64,000 bases of DNA from Octopus sinensis (lineage: Eukaryota): NCBI RefSeq assembly GCF_006345805.1, contig NC_043021.1, positions 4,278,001 through 4,342,000 of the forward strand, written 5' to 3'. Of this stretch, positions 40,500-53,809 are shown in pieces (the stretch's first letter is position 1; each line of letters opens with the position of its first letter). Position numbers and translations under genes: made by a program. Below the pieces are notes generated by a model. That model searched no databases and had not been told where the DNA came from. It saw only the letters and a list, made by a program, of their open reading frames with translations.

Positions 40500-40654
40500 C
40501 TATACATATTATATACCTATATATATATATATCCTATAATCTATATATATAATACATATATATATATATACATATATCCATATCATATATATACATATAT
40601 ATATATACACTATATATATATCTATATACATATAATATATATATACATATATAG

Positions 40655-40685
<31 letters not shown>

Positions 40686-40707
40686 CATATAATATATAAT
40701 ACTATAG

Positions 40708-40743
<36 letters not shown>

Positions 40744-41721
40744 CATATATCTATATATATATCACTATATATATTCTATACTATATATATATATACCTAC
40801 TAATCTCTATTACATATATTATATATATACTATATATATACATATATAATATACAATATAATATATATCTATCTATATATATACTATATATATCTATATA
40901 TATCTATATATATAATACATATATATATATATATATATACACATATATAATATATACTCTACATATATACATATATATATATATAACTCTATATATATAC
41001 ATATATATGAATATATATATATATTCTATATAGATATACCGTATATATCATATACATATATATATACATATATATTATACATATATACATATACATATAT
41101 ACTAATTATACATATATTATATTATACATATCTACATATATATATATACATATCTATATCATATATATATAGCTATATATATATACATATATATACTATA
41201 TCTATACCTATATATATATACATATATATATAATATATATACATCTATATATATACTATATACATTATATATATACATATATATATATACATTATATATA
41301 TATATATCATATATATCTATATATATATATATATATATATATATGATATATATATATATAATATATATATATACACCTATATATCCCTATATATATCATC
41401 ATAATATACATATATATAGTATATATCTACTATATATATATAATACCTATATATATATCTATATATACCATATATATATATGCTATATCTATATATACAC
41501 TATATATATATATATATACATATACCTATATCTAATAATATATATATACATATACATATATATATTATATATATATACATATATATATCTATATATATAT
41601 ATATATATTATATATATATACATACATATATATATATATATATATAACATTATATATATATATACATATATATATATATACATATTATATATATACATAT
41701 CATACATATATATATATCTAC

Positions 41722-41753
<32 letters not shown>

Positions 41754-41912
41754 ACTATATATACATATATATATATCTATACATAATATTATATTATATA
41801 CATATATATATATATAACATATCTACATATATTATACATATATATATATATACATATAACATATATATATACATATATACATATATATATACATATATAC
41901 ATATATATATAC

Positions 41913-41945
<33 letters not shown>

Positions 41946-42038
41946 CATATAGTATATACATATATACATATATATATAATATATACATATATATATAACA
42001 TATATACATATATATATACATATATATATATATATACC

Positions 42039-42069
<31 letters not shown>

Positions 42070-42076
42070 GATATAC

Positions 42077-42125
<49 letters not shown>

Positions 42126-42300
42126 CATATATAATATATATTATACATATATTATATAATATATATACATATATTATATATATATATATATTATATATAT
42201 ATTATATTATATATCCATATATGTATATATATATATATATGTATATATATATACATATATACATATATTATATATATGATCTATATAATATATATAACAT
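37820..42300. repeat. ~4.5-kb degenerate (TA)n/(TATATACA)n block, split by a LINE fragment
   Basis: Visible directly; source of the many YI-repeat ORFs. Confidence 0.97.
38573..39385 (+). mobile_element. CR1/L2-like LINE 3' portion inserted in the (TA)n block
   Basis: [28 protein letters not shown] / [29 protein letters not shown] / GPQLFN-type motifs; multiple frameshifts. Confidence 0.85.
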
Positions 42301-43110
42301 AGGCACGTGCACATACACACACAGTAGGCAAGGTGTGGCTGTGTAGTAAGAAGCTTGGTTAGCAACCTCGTGGTTTCAGGTTCAGTCCCGCTGTGTGGCA
42401 CTGTGGGCAAGTATCTTCTATTATAGCACCAGGCTAACCCAAGCCTTGGGAGTGGATTTGGCAAACAGAAACTGAAAGAAGCCAGTTGTGTGTTTGTATG
42501 TGTGTGGGTGTGTGTGTGTGTGTGTCTGAGTGTCTGTGTGAGTCTGTGTCAGATACACAGATGTGTGGAATTGGTGCTGGTATGGTTGTGTGGTTGTGAA
42601 GTCTGCTTGCCAACTCTGTGGTTTCAAGTTCAGTTCACTTGTGTGGCATTTTAAGCAAGTGTATTCCATGTTGACCAAAACCTTGTCATCAGGATTAGTC
42701 CCTGTAATCAATGGAGTGCCAGTTTTTTTTTCTTTTTATGATGATGATCATTCATTCATTTCTGTTTTCGCTTTGATGCTAGTATGGACTGGAGGACTAT
42801 GTATCATCCCAGTGAAACATTAAGTTGCAGGGAGCTAAATCAAAATCGTTTGACACATAGAACTCCTACTAAATGTGTCGAGTTCCACTTTTTTGCGTTT
42901 GTCCACTCAATATATACCTACTTACACCTGATACACCTGTACACCTACTTACACCTGATAAACATAATTACATTACACCTGGCAATTATATTATATTATA
43001 ACATCAATCATTCATTCATTCATATATCTCCACACAGAAATATAGAACATAAACACGATTACACAGGTGTATATTATATTAGGTTTACAAGATTAAGTTA
43101 GCCATTGCAC

Positions 43111-43187
43111 AGAATTCTATATGAGGAGAGAGAGGGGAGATATATATATATATATATATATTATATTATATATATATATATATATAT

Positions 43188-43223
<36 letters not shown>

Positions 43224-43336
43224 ATTCTATATGAGGAGAGAGAGGGGACATATATATATGTATGTATAGCGAGAGAAAGAGAGGAGAATTCTATATGAGG
43301 AGAGAGAGGGGATATATATATATATATATATATAGC

Positions 43337-43365
<29 letters not shown>
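43111..43365 (+). repeat. Three-unit minisatellite with embedded variable (TA)n and (GA)n
   Basis: agaattctatatgaggagagaga recurs three times, each followed by (TA)n, gcga, (GA)n. Confidence 0.9.
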
Positions 43366-43368
<3 letters not shown>

Positions 43369-43986
43369 TTTGTATGTGTGTGTACAAGATTATCTTTCGC
43401 ATATATTATGAGACCAGTGTTTTTGCATTTAATTTCAATTTTCCATTCTCCCTTGACACTAATATCAAGATATCTACTTTAGAACAACAGATAGCAAATG
43501 TATTTGTGTCTGTTTTTTGTTTGTTTTTTGTTTTTTTGTTTTTGTTTTTTGTTGTTAATACGTTGTCGTGTTTAGGATTGCAAGGTTGGTAGGTTTTCAA
43601 GAACTGGTAGAATTGCCAAGTTTTAATGCATTCTCCAAAATTTATTTTCCGTACTGAGAGAAGCATAACTATCATTTGTAATCATTTTTTTTTTTATAGG
43701 GAACCTCTAATAAAGCTGGTACAAGTTCCTAATTGTAATGATTCCCTACTGCAAATGGATAGTTTACTGTGAAAGCATGTAGTGCTCATGCAATCAATAT
43801 TTTGCCTTTCCCTTAGATAACATCGATGGCAGAGAGGCCGGTATGTATAGGCAACTGCTGGACTTCCATAAACAACCTTGCCCGGACTTGTGCCTTGAGG
43901 GTAACGTTTTAGGTTGCAATCCCAAAGTCATTCATAACCAAAGGGTGTCTTTACCCTTTCTGGTTAGTCAGAGAGGGAAGGGCAAT

Positions 43987-44362
43987 GCCCATTGCTCATG
44001 TCATCATCATTGTTCGACCGTGGTCGAGACAATGGAATTTACCATGCTACGCCAGACTTCACGGTCCATCATAGCATTACGGAGGTCCTGTTGCTGGATG
44101 CCTGTATCCCTGGAGATTACATCAGGGTAGGAGAGTGTGCGCCCTCTGGTATTGCGAGGAGATGGCTTCCAGAGGAGAAGAGTAGAAATTATCTCGTTTT
44201 CAGCTCTACAACAATGTCCAGTAAACTGGACTCTTCTACCTTTCACAAAAGATGATACAGGTGGTAATTTCCCATATATTTGTACTTTGGTTGGATGACG
44301 CTTCCACGAGAGATTTTGAGCTCTCATAAGGAGGCGAGTGTAAGTTCCATCCAACCGCCTCT
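43987..44362 (-). mobile_element. Second copy of the same RTE-type 3' end
   Basis: Translation near-identical to 35284-35733. Confidence 0.85.
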
Positions 44363-44660
44363 CAAGCTCATGTAAGCTCCCCCAAGTGGTGAAGCTGATG
44401 TTATATTATATTGTAGATTTGTTGTCTGCATCAGTAAACTTTATCTATGTGATTTGAGTGTTTCTGCCCAAGACCACATGTTGCAGCCAAGCATTAATAG
44501 TCCACATGGCTGTGACTCTTTCACTAAAGTAAAATATAACAACAGCGGAAGAAATTATTTCTTATCTAAGTGTACAGTAAAACATTGCTGGCAATAGTTT
44601 TTTTCATTTTTTTTTTACACTAGTGTCTTCTCAAAGACACTATCTTTATTATTTACTCAC

Positions 44661-44722
44661 TGCTGATTCTATTGTTTTCCATTAATCTCGTTATTTTGTT
44701 GCTAAGCTGTAATATTTTTCTC
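44661..44722 (-). CDS. Candidate short exon (low confidence)
   Basis: Strong gtgagt donor; one open frame RKILQLSNKITRLMENNRIS. The ttcag acceptor gives phase 2; a weaker acceptor at 44707 gives phase 0. Confidence 0.25.
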
Positions 44723-45020
44723 CTGAATTTTGTATTTCATTAAAAAAAAATTCAAAATGAAAGTAAATATCTCTTTTATCTTTCTACATGTTTCAGTCAT
44801 TAGACTGCGGTCATGCTGGGGCAGTGTCTTGAACAGCTTTGGTAGAATGAATTGACCCCCAGAATTTTATTTTTGGTTATAAATCTGGTACTTATTCTCT
44901 CAGTTTCTTTTGCCAAACTGCTAAGTTATGAGGACATAAGCACACCAATACCAGTTGTCAGGTGGTGGTAGAGAGGACAGACACACACACACAAACACAC
45001 ATATATATACATACACACAA

Positions 45021-45252
45021 AAGGCGGCGAGCTGGCAGAAACGTTAGCACGCTGGGCAAAGTTCGTAGCCGTATTTCGTCTGTCGTTGCGTTCCGAGTTC
45101 AAATTCCGCTGAGGTCGACTTTGCCTTTCATCCTTTCGGGGTCGATAAATTAAGTACCAGTTACGCACTGGGGTTGATGTAATCGACTTAATCCCTTTGT
45201 CTGTCCTTGTTTGTCCCCTCTGTGTTTAGCCCCTTGTGGGTAGTAAAGAAAT
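45021..45252 (+). mobile_element. SINE family C, young full-length copy
   Basis: gagctggcagaaacgttagcacg...gttcaaattccgc...tttgcctttcatcctttcggggtcgataaattaagtacc...gtaaagaaata. Confidence 0.9.
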
Positions 45253-45960
45253 ATATATATACATACACACACACACACATGCACAGAGAGCACAACATGG
45301 ATGACCACTTGAAGGTAGTACTCCAGCATGGCCTCAGTCCAATGTGTCAACCCAGTAAAAGAGTATTAGAATATAAGCTTTTATAAAACAATCACTTTTC
45401 ATTTAAATATTCTTCTCTGATATCTATACAGATCTGCCTGATAGCTTTCCTAACTACCCCCATCTTGTTCTTGGCTAAATTCCATTTGGCCTCCTCTGTC
45501 TGGGCCCAGGCATGAATACCTATATCCACCACAATACATCACATAGTGATTCCCATTTCTCACCATTATGTCTTAACAATGCACACAGACTGAACTTTTT
45601 TGTTTTCTCAACTCTTGAGAATTTGGAACAATGCCAACATTAATCACATTGAGACATAAAACCATATTCCATCGACTGAAGTCATACAGCGATTCACGCA
45701 CCACAAGTAAGAGATCTGGCTCAGTGACTTATTCTAGACAGAAGCCATACGATGCTACTAACGCCACCGTTTCACAAACGGAGAAGCAAAGAGTGTAAGA
45801 AAAAAATAAAATAAATAAAAGCAAAAATAAAATGTAATCATCTATATAAAATTTATTGATGCAGACACGTTAAGTGAACAAAAGGGGAGAGAACTCGTGT
45901 TATATCAAACTTTATGAGAGACTGAAATCAATTTTCGTTTCAATTTTTAGTAAATTATTC

Positions 45961-46373
45961 TCTCTTTTACTCTTTTACTTTGTTTCAGTCATTTGACTGC
46001 GGCCATGCTGGAGCACCGCCTCAAATCGAGCAACTCGACCCCGGGACTTATTCTTTTGTAAGCCCAGTACTTATTCTATCGGTCTCTTTTGCCGAACCAC
46101 AAATGAACGGGGACATAAACACACCAGCATCGGTTGTCAAGCAATGCTAGGGGGACAAACACAGACACAAACACACACATACATATATATATTTATATAT
46201 ACATATATACGACGGGCTTCTTTCAGTTTCCGTCTACCAAATCCACTCACAAGGCTTTGGTCGGCCCGAGGCTATAGCAGAAGACACTTGCCCAAGGTGC
46301 CACGCAGTGGGACTGAACCCGGAACCATGTGGTTGGTAAACAAGCTACTTACCACACAGCCACTCCTGCGCCT
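45961..46373 (-). mobile_element. SINE family A, full length
   Basis: Near-identical to 1742-2156. Confidence 0.9.
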
Positions 46374-46624
46374 ATATGTATTTGTTTTGCAAGATTCTTG
46401 ATGTGAAATCATCTGCTGTAACAGATATTGGTATATTTGGGGATGGTCAGCTTTTGCCAATAAACGCATGCACTATTTATTTGATCTTCACTTTACCTCC
46501 GTTAACACTAGTAGTGATTGTCAAGCAGCTTGCAGGTAGAATTGTTAGCATGCCAGACAAAATGCATAGCAGCGTTTCAGCTGTCTCCATGTTCTGAGTT
46601 CAAATTCTAGCAAGGTTGACAACT

Positions 46625-46775
46625 GGAGGTTTCTATGGGACAACCTGCTGAGGGCCACTGACAAGATCTGTGGATGGTGCAAATTACCCTCTCGACCCAA
46701 AGTAATGTGGTGGTGGTGGTGGAACAATGTTGTTGACAGGGCTATTAGAGAAAAGAAACAGGCTTGGAAGGCTAA
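46625..46775 (+). mobile_element. RTE LINE fragment (between endonuclease and RT)
   Basis: WRFLWDNLLRATDKICGWCKLPSRPKVMWWWWNNVVDRAIREKKQAWKA matches the RTE CG..K.......WWWN..V..AI..K motif. Confidence 0.75.
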
Positions 46776-46976
46776 ACATCATCTTGGAGGATACAGAGGA
46801 GCTGGCACGGGACTGCCAGTGATGGGAGGCACTACTGGACCTGGTCGGCTCTACACACAATGGCACCTTTGGGACCATTAACCTGGGATAACCCTAGCTT
46901 CATTGAGCAAGAGTGCGAATGAGTGAGTGAATGATTACTCTTTCAAAATGCACCTTCAGCCTGGTTAATGATAGTA

Positions 46977-47276
46977 CAGGGATTCCCCGACTTGCGCGAG
47001 TTCAACTTGCGCGAAATTCGACTTGCGCGAGCCAACTTTTGATACCGAGTGTTCAGGTTGCGAGAGTTGTATTCTCGACTTGTGCTTGTTGTAAAAATAT
47101 TTATTATCCATGGTTGCATTGCCTTGTCTGTTATCTTGTTATCTATCCATCATTTTAAATATACATAAAGTAAAAATAATTGTGTTTGAGTAATTGATAA
47201 CAATATCTGGTACTCAACTTGCGCGAATTTCGAATTGCGCGTCCCCCAATTACTCGCGCAAGTCGAGGAATCCCTG
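46977..47276. mobile_element. Tigger/pogo-like MITE (300 bp)
   Basis: TA on both sides; TIR cagggattccccgacttgcgcgag / ctcgcgcaagtcgaggaatccctg; internal cttgcgcga repeats; CpG-rich. Confidence 0.9.
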
Positions 47277-47659
47277 TACTTATTTACAGACTCCACAAAG
47301 TACAAAACAAGTTCCACATAGATTTAACATGCAACAACTTACTCAGCAGTATTGACTATCAAGTGGATACTAGTGCAACCCCTTCTCCCTCCAGCTGCAT
47401 CTATATTTGCAGTCAACTATATAGAGACTGTCTAAAACAATTAGCAAAAGCGTAATACGTGTTACCAAACAACTCCTAATATGCATGAAGAAGAGCAACA
47501 AAAATATGTGAATTTCAAGACTACAACACGACCAGAAATATAATCTATTTTTATAAATATAATAATTGGAAGCTCCACTCTGGAAGCAGAAGTCAACAAG
47601 GTATCAAATTATAACATGGAAATTAAAAGGTAGAAATATAAAAGAAATTGTTGTCTTAC

Positions 47660-47776
47660 CTGAGAAGAGACTGACATTTTTGTCCTGACTAACTGTTTTT
47701 CTAAATGGAGCCTCTCTTTGGCAGCTTGCTTAATAATTGCTTCGAGTTCTTCTTGATCTTCATAAAGACGAGAATT
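47660..47776 (-). CDS. RIMBP: Coiled-coil coding exon (117 nt, phase 0-0) of the same gene
   Basis: Acceptor catttttcttcag, donor CAG|gtaaga. Translates NSRLYEDQEELEAIIKQAAKERLHLEKQLVRTKMSVSSQ. Confidence 0.82.
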
Positions 47777-48627
47777 CTGAAGAAAAATGTTAACAGATTG
47801 ACAATCACTCCCAGTATGTACCTATCTGATGGTCATGTAATGGGTATGAATGGAGACAGAAGCATCAGGGAGTGCTGGGATCTATTGTGGGGAGAATATG
47901 TGGGACAAAGTGTTGAGAAAGGATTTTTTCAGACATTGGGCCTCACAAAGGGACTGTGACTCCAGGCAGTTTGCAGTATTTGAGAAGACATGTCAAGCTA
48001 AGTAAAATCATAGTTGCCATTGCATACATGCATGTCCCCTGCATCCTGCTTCAGCTGAGTGATCATAACCTTGGGGGCTCACGGGTGCTGGTACCACATA
48101 AAAGCACCCCTGCCAGTGCTGTGTAAAGGCACCCAATACACTCTGTAAAATGGTTGGCATTAGGAAGGGCATCCAGCTGTAGAAACCATGCCACAACAGA
48201 CACGGAGTCTGGGCAGCTCTTCAGCTGACTAGCTGCTATCAAACTGTCCAACCCATGCCAGCACGGAAAAGGGACCTTAAAGGATGATGATAATATCATC
48301 ATCATAATCATTTTAATATCCACATTCCCATGCTTGCATGGATCAGATGTATTTTATCACTCAAATGTGATTGCTTTATCTTACAGAATCAAATTAGATT
48401 GGTTTATTATGCAGTCTGAAATGTGACTGGTTTATATACTTCACAGTAAATAGTTTCTCATACATGTGGCTGATTACAAATCACAACATATACAGGTAAC
48501 CAAATGGACATAATTAAAGGAAATACAATGACGTGTATGGATATAAGTCAATAAATGAGTCTACAATACTAATAATACCAATGTGCTCAAATGCTGTGTG
48601 TTTTAAACATTGCCAAAATTAACTTAC

Positions 48628-48807
48628 CTGTGGAAGTTGTTTTGACATGGAGCTAATTTTTTCTGCTAATATCTGGTATTGCCTTTTTAATTCTTCAATT
48701 TCTTTCTCTTTCGCCAATAAACTCTTTGAATACTCAGCATGTTCTCGTGCTCTCTGTTTTTGAAATTGTTTTCTAACTGATTCTGTATCATGGCTTTCAC
48801 CAGATTT
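48628..48807 (-). CDS. RIMBP: RIM-binding-protein-like gene, coding exon (180 nt, phase 0-0)
   Basis: Acceptor tttttttttacacag, donor CAG|gtaagt. Translates KSGESHDTESVRKQFQKQRAREHAEYSKSLLAKEKEIEELKRQYQILAEKISSMSKQLPQ, resembling recalled TSPOAP1 RQRARDLSETASALLAKDKQIAALQRE. Confidence 0.85.
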
Positions 48808-49157
48808 CTGTGTAAAAAAAAACCAAATTATTTCATCAGGCCATGTTCTTCAATAAATCTGATCCTTCCATCCACATTCAGGTAAAAAAAAAAAAAGGTA
48901 ACTACTATATCCAAAAATGGTATAAAGGTATCCAAATTAAAGATGAAGAGAAAACAAATTCATACAGCTCCTACAATCACTTGAGAATGGTTTTAATGGT
49001 TCTCTGGGTCAAGATAATGGGGAACCAATTGATAAGTCAGTCCTAATGAAGATATATCCAATAACTACAACTGTAGGAAGCATGTTAACGATAAGAAGAG
49101 GTGAATTAATAAGAATGGTGAATAGAAAACAGTGGACTGAGAGTATTCTGAAGGAAA

Positions 49158-49396
49158 GGCAAGCAAGCTGGCAGAATCGTTAGCACGCCGGGCGAAATGC
49201 TTAGTGGTATTTTGTTCTGAGTTGCGGTTACGTTCTGAGTTCAAATTCCGCCGAGGTCGACTTTGCCTTTCATCCTTTCGGGGTCAGTTAAATAAGTACC
49301 AGTTATGCACTAGGGTCGATATAATCGACTTAATCCGTTTGTCTGTCCTTGTTTGTCCCCTATGTGTGTAGCGCCTTGTGGGCAGTAAAGAAATAA
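49158..49396 (+). mobile_element. SINE family C
   Basis: Near-identical to 45021-45252. Confidence 0.9.
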
Positions 49397-50924
49397 GTAT
49401 TCTGAAGGAAAATCCATAAAACAAAACCTGAACACAAATTGTTTGTTATATATAATCATCATCCTCGTTCGAATGTCCACTCTTCTATGCTTCTTTAGGT
49501 CAGATAAAAGTCGTTGAGGCAGATTTTTTATGGCCAACCATCACTGGTTTCTAAAAGCTTTATTTCCCTGAGTTCTTCAAATACCAACAACACAATGATT
49601 ATGTTTACACAGAAATAAACAACACTGCTTGTCTGTCAGTAATGTTTGTTTACAATTAGTGCAATGTCAAGATGAGGAGACACAAATATGAACATTCACA
49701 CACACACACACACAACAGGTTCTTTCAGTTTCTGTCTGCAAAAGCTACTCACAAGGCTTGTGTGTATGTAAGTGTATAGGAATAAAGTGATCCAGGCAGG
49801 TACTATTGTAGCTCTCAGGTATATTCCATGTTACTGCTAACTGCATCAAATAGATTTAATAAGCATCAGTGATCACTTAGTATGAGCAATCCTGCTGTAA
49901 TTCTTGTGATGAGTAACTCCCGGTTCATTTCTCTGGATTGTAAATATTATCAAGAGAGTAAATTTCAAAATTTACACACCTTGAAATGTGTGCATGTGTG
50001 CAAATGTGTGTTAGTTGTTTACTATCATAATAAAGGATATAAATATTGGGTCATCAAATAAATTAATTTTTTCCTGTTTATTTTAAACTTTTCCATTGTT
50101 ATTTGAATTAACTCAAAAAATAGTTTTATTGCAGTGTTTTAGTATTTTATGGCTTTTTGTGGCAGTATTTTACCTCCAGAAAATTTGTTCACCATTTTTG
50201 AAATTTGAATGAATTTTACCTCTTTTCAGACGTATGGCAATGGCGTGCCAAGTAAATTAAAATGCTAATGAATTTATCCAACAATCCAATATTTGAGGAA
50301 GCAATTATACTGCAAACATAAGGACTCGGCACTTGAAGAATACCAGGGTGAAAAACAGTCTGAACAAACTATAAAAACAATTCTTTAAAATCCAAATTAA
50401 TCCTGGATAGTTTTTCCATTCAAAGCCAATATATTTAAGAATCCACAGGTATGATAGTTTGGCAAAATTAAAGTAAGTGGATCACAGCCAACAGAAAATT
50501 TGTCACTAAAATATGCTTGCTTTTCTTCTAAATATTCTTATTAACCAATCAAATGAATCACTTTTAATGTAAACTGAGAAATTGTCATGGAATTGAAAGC
50601 ATATATCATTTAATTCCATGCATGGTGGTGGTGGGGTGGTGCAGTATTCAAAGAAAGTGTATAAAAAGTATCTATGGAAATAGATTTTTTTTTAATTGAA
50701 AAAAAAAAAAAGTAACAACCAATTTGAAAATGAAATCTGATTCTAGAATATTCAAGTTTTTGATCTCTAAAACAACAACAAAAAATGTAATCAATTATCA
50801 AATTATCGATGACAGGAATTGTGTTAATAGAATTGCTTAAATGAAAAACTATCCATTTTTGTCTTCCCCCATTCACAGAAGAAGGGAGAAAACGATGATG
50901 ATGATGATGGTGATAACATATATA

Positions 50925-51160
50925 CCTATTTCTTTACTACCCACAAAGGGGCTAAACACAGAGAGGACAAACAAGGACAGACAAATGGATTAAGTCGATT
51001 ATATCGACCCCAGTGCGTAACTGGTACTTATCTAATCGACCCCGAAAGGATGAAAGGGTAAGTTGACCTCGGCGGAATTTGAACTCAGAACATAGCGGCA
51101 GATGAAATACCGATAGGTGTTACGCCCGGCGTGCTAATGATTCTACCAGCTCGCTGCCTT
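50925..51160 (-). mobile_element. SINE family C
   Basis: Reverse complement of 45021-45252. Confidence 0.88.
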
Positions 51161-51176
51161 ATATGATAGTGGATTG

Positions 51177-51555
51177 GAAGCACTCCGTCGGTTACAACGA
51201 CGAGGGTTCCGGTTGATCCGAATCAACGGAACAGCCTGCTCGTGAAATTGACATGTAAGTGGCTGAGCACTCCACAGGCATGTGCACCCTTAACGTAGTT
51301 CTCGGGGATATTCAGCGTGACACAGAGAGTGACAAGGCCGGCCCTTTGAAATACAGGTACAAGAGAAACAGGAAGTAAGAGTGAGAGAAAGTTGTGGTGA
51401 AAGAGTACAGCAGGGATCAACCCCCCCCCCTGCCGGAGCCTCGTGGAGCTTTAGGTGTTTTCGCTCAATAAACACTCACAACGCCCGGTCTGGGAATCGA
51501 AACCGCGATCCTATGACCGCGAGTCCGCTACCCTGGGCCATTGCGCCTCCACCAT
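51177..51555 (-). mobile_element. SINE family D (tRNA head)
   Basis: Head gcgcaatggcccag...ggtttcgattcccagacc; body aagggccggccttgtcac...gagtgctcagccac; tail aaccgacggagtgc. Confidence 0.88.
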
Positions 51556-52287
51556 ATATGATAGTATATATATGATAACATATATATAACATATATACCA
51601 GATATATAATAATAATAATAATGATGAAATTATTGTATACAGTGCTCAGGTGCACCACAACTTGTCAGAAAGTGCATATAAAGTACATGCAGTAATGTAG
51701 AAATGTCTGGAAAGTGAACATGCTTGTGTGTGTATGGAGGGGAGAAATACCTCCTGCTGAGATTGGTTCAAATCATCACAGGGGATTGCCGATAGACTTG
51801 ATATACTGGCATACAGGACGGAATTTGAACTTTAAAAACGTCATTCTAAAATCCCGTGTAAAATCTGAACCTTGACCTCCTGTGGTTTAGAGTAGCACCA
51901 ACATCAATGGCAAACAGTGTAAAGCGCTCACATAGATTCTATGGTTCTACAGAGCAGTATTTTCAACTGATTCTTGCACATATCAATGGAAAACACTGTA
52001 AAATACTCATGTAGATCCTACGATCCTACAGCTCAATATTTACTAATGATACTTACATGTATGTTTACGAAGCTGGATTAACACCTTGTAAAACACTACT
52101 ATAAAAATATTTTTCCTTCTAATGCAAATAATACTGGAAGGTGTTGAAATAAATGGAAAAAAAAACCATAAGAAATTAATCTGACAAACAATCTTCACCA
52201 CCCACCCCCCCAAAAAAAAGCCAACACCTAAAAAACCCAACAGACATTCCAGCCCTACACAAATATCAACCACTAATACCCTGCATA

Positions 52288-52625
52288 TCATCATCATCAT
52301 CATTTAACGTCCGCTTTCCATGCTAGCATGGGTTGGACGGTTCAACTGGGGTCTGGGAAGCCAGAAGGCTGTACCTGGCCCAGTCTGATCTGGCAATGTT
52401 TCTACAGCTGGATGCCCTTCCTAACGCCAACCACTCCGTGAGTGTAGTGGGTGCTTTTTACGTGCCAGACGAGTCTGGCAAATGGCCACGAACGGATGGT
52501 GCTTTTTACGCACCACCGGCACGAGGCCAGTCGGGGCAGCGCTGGCAATGGCCACGTTCGGATGGTTCTCTTACGTGCCATCGGCACTGGTAACTCAGCT
52601 GCAATTTCCATTGATCGATTTCGAT
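52288..52625 (-). mobile_element. SINE family B
   Basis: Same body and tail; 5' region matches the 30622 copy. Confidence 0.85.
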
Positions 52626-53050
52626 TCTGATATATATGCAGAATATGCACGTGTATGTGTATATTTGTGTGTGTGTGTGTGTGTGAGTATATTCGCCTGA
52701 GTGTGAGTGTATTTGTATATATATGAACATATTTGCCTCTATGTGTGTGCATGTGTGCATATTTGTGTGTGTGTGTGTGTGGTGTGAAATATCCTTTATT
52801 TCAAATTATGTCTGTCTACTTGGATTAAATATTCCACAATGAATGAAGCAGTAAATTCGAAAAATGTATCAAAAATTAATTTTTACCAAATATAACTTAA
52901 TGAATTATACAATAAGGAATTGGTTTCTGGACTCTGACTTTTTTGAATTCCCAAATGGGTTTTTATTTCCCCTCTTTTATTTTATTTATTTAAAAAAAAT
53001 TTTCTTCCATTATTAGAAATTTTGCTGCTGATTCTTATTTTTTTTTTTTT

Positions 53051-53500
53051 CTTTTATTGGTTTCAACTCAGAGCTGCGGCCATGCTGGGGCACCGTCATT
53101 TTGCTACACTGTTATTATCGAGAGCCTCCTCCGATATGTGACAGTTGGTGAATAAGGAAGTTTGATGTTGCTGCCCTCATTTGTGTCTCCTGCCGCGAGG
53201 TAGGTTCATCAGGGACTCTTGACAGGAAGAGATCCAGTTTTGTTTTGAATACACCTACATCATACTTTGTGTAGGTCCCTTCGGGCTCTTTGAGAGAATA
53301 TTAAAAAGCTGTGGGCCCTTGAAACCCAGGCTGTTGCAGTAACTGATCCTGAAGCATGACAGCATTTTTTGGATCTTTGGCACTGCAGTGGAGAACCTTT
53401 CTGGCATTTGTGTAGCTTCCAATGCCAAAATTTGGCATAATTCCTTCCAGGATCTTCCACATGTATATTACAGCATATCTTTCCTGCCTTCGCTCCAGAG
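53051..53500 (-). mobile_element. Second copy of the CR1/L2-like LINE 3' end
   Basis: ERRQERYAVIYMWKILEG..PNFG...[16 protein letters not shown]...KTKLDLFL...PDEPTSRQE; collinear with 38930-39370. Confidence 0.85.
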
Positions 53501-53809
53501 AATGACTTTTGTTTCATTATTTCAACTAATTTTTTTTACTTTCTCTATTTACAATATTTTTGCTGATGCAAAAATACTTTTAATCACTACTTGACTTTTC
53601 CAAGTTTAAAAATAATTTATGGAATGAAAATTCCTACATGCCTCATATCTCTGTCAAATTACATTGGTCAAACAACATTTTCCCAAGAAATATCGGTCAC
53701 AGAACTATTTTAAAAAGTCAGTTCTTGGTCTCAAGAGATTTAGATTAATTTATGTGGTGAAAGTTATTTAGATAGATTAGAAACGATATATTTCCTTCTC
53801 TTTTATTTT

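Noticed and set aside
37799-42148. Many long YI/IY-repeat ORFs, including the 375-aa ORF 38698-39825
   Set aside because: Translations of (TA)n. The 375-aa ORF is a frameshifted LINE remnant running into microsatellite.
53195-53225. CTGATGA motifs at 53206, 7567, 6511, 32374, 56573, 58452, 59056
   Set aside because: No stem II followed by GAAA; 53206 lies within LINE coding sequence.
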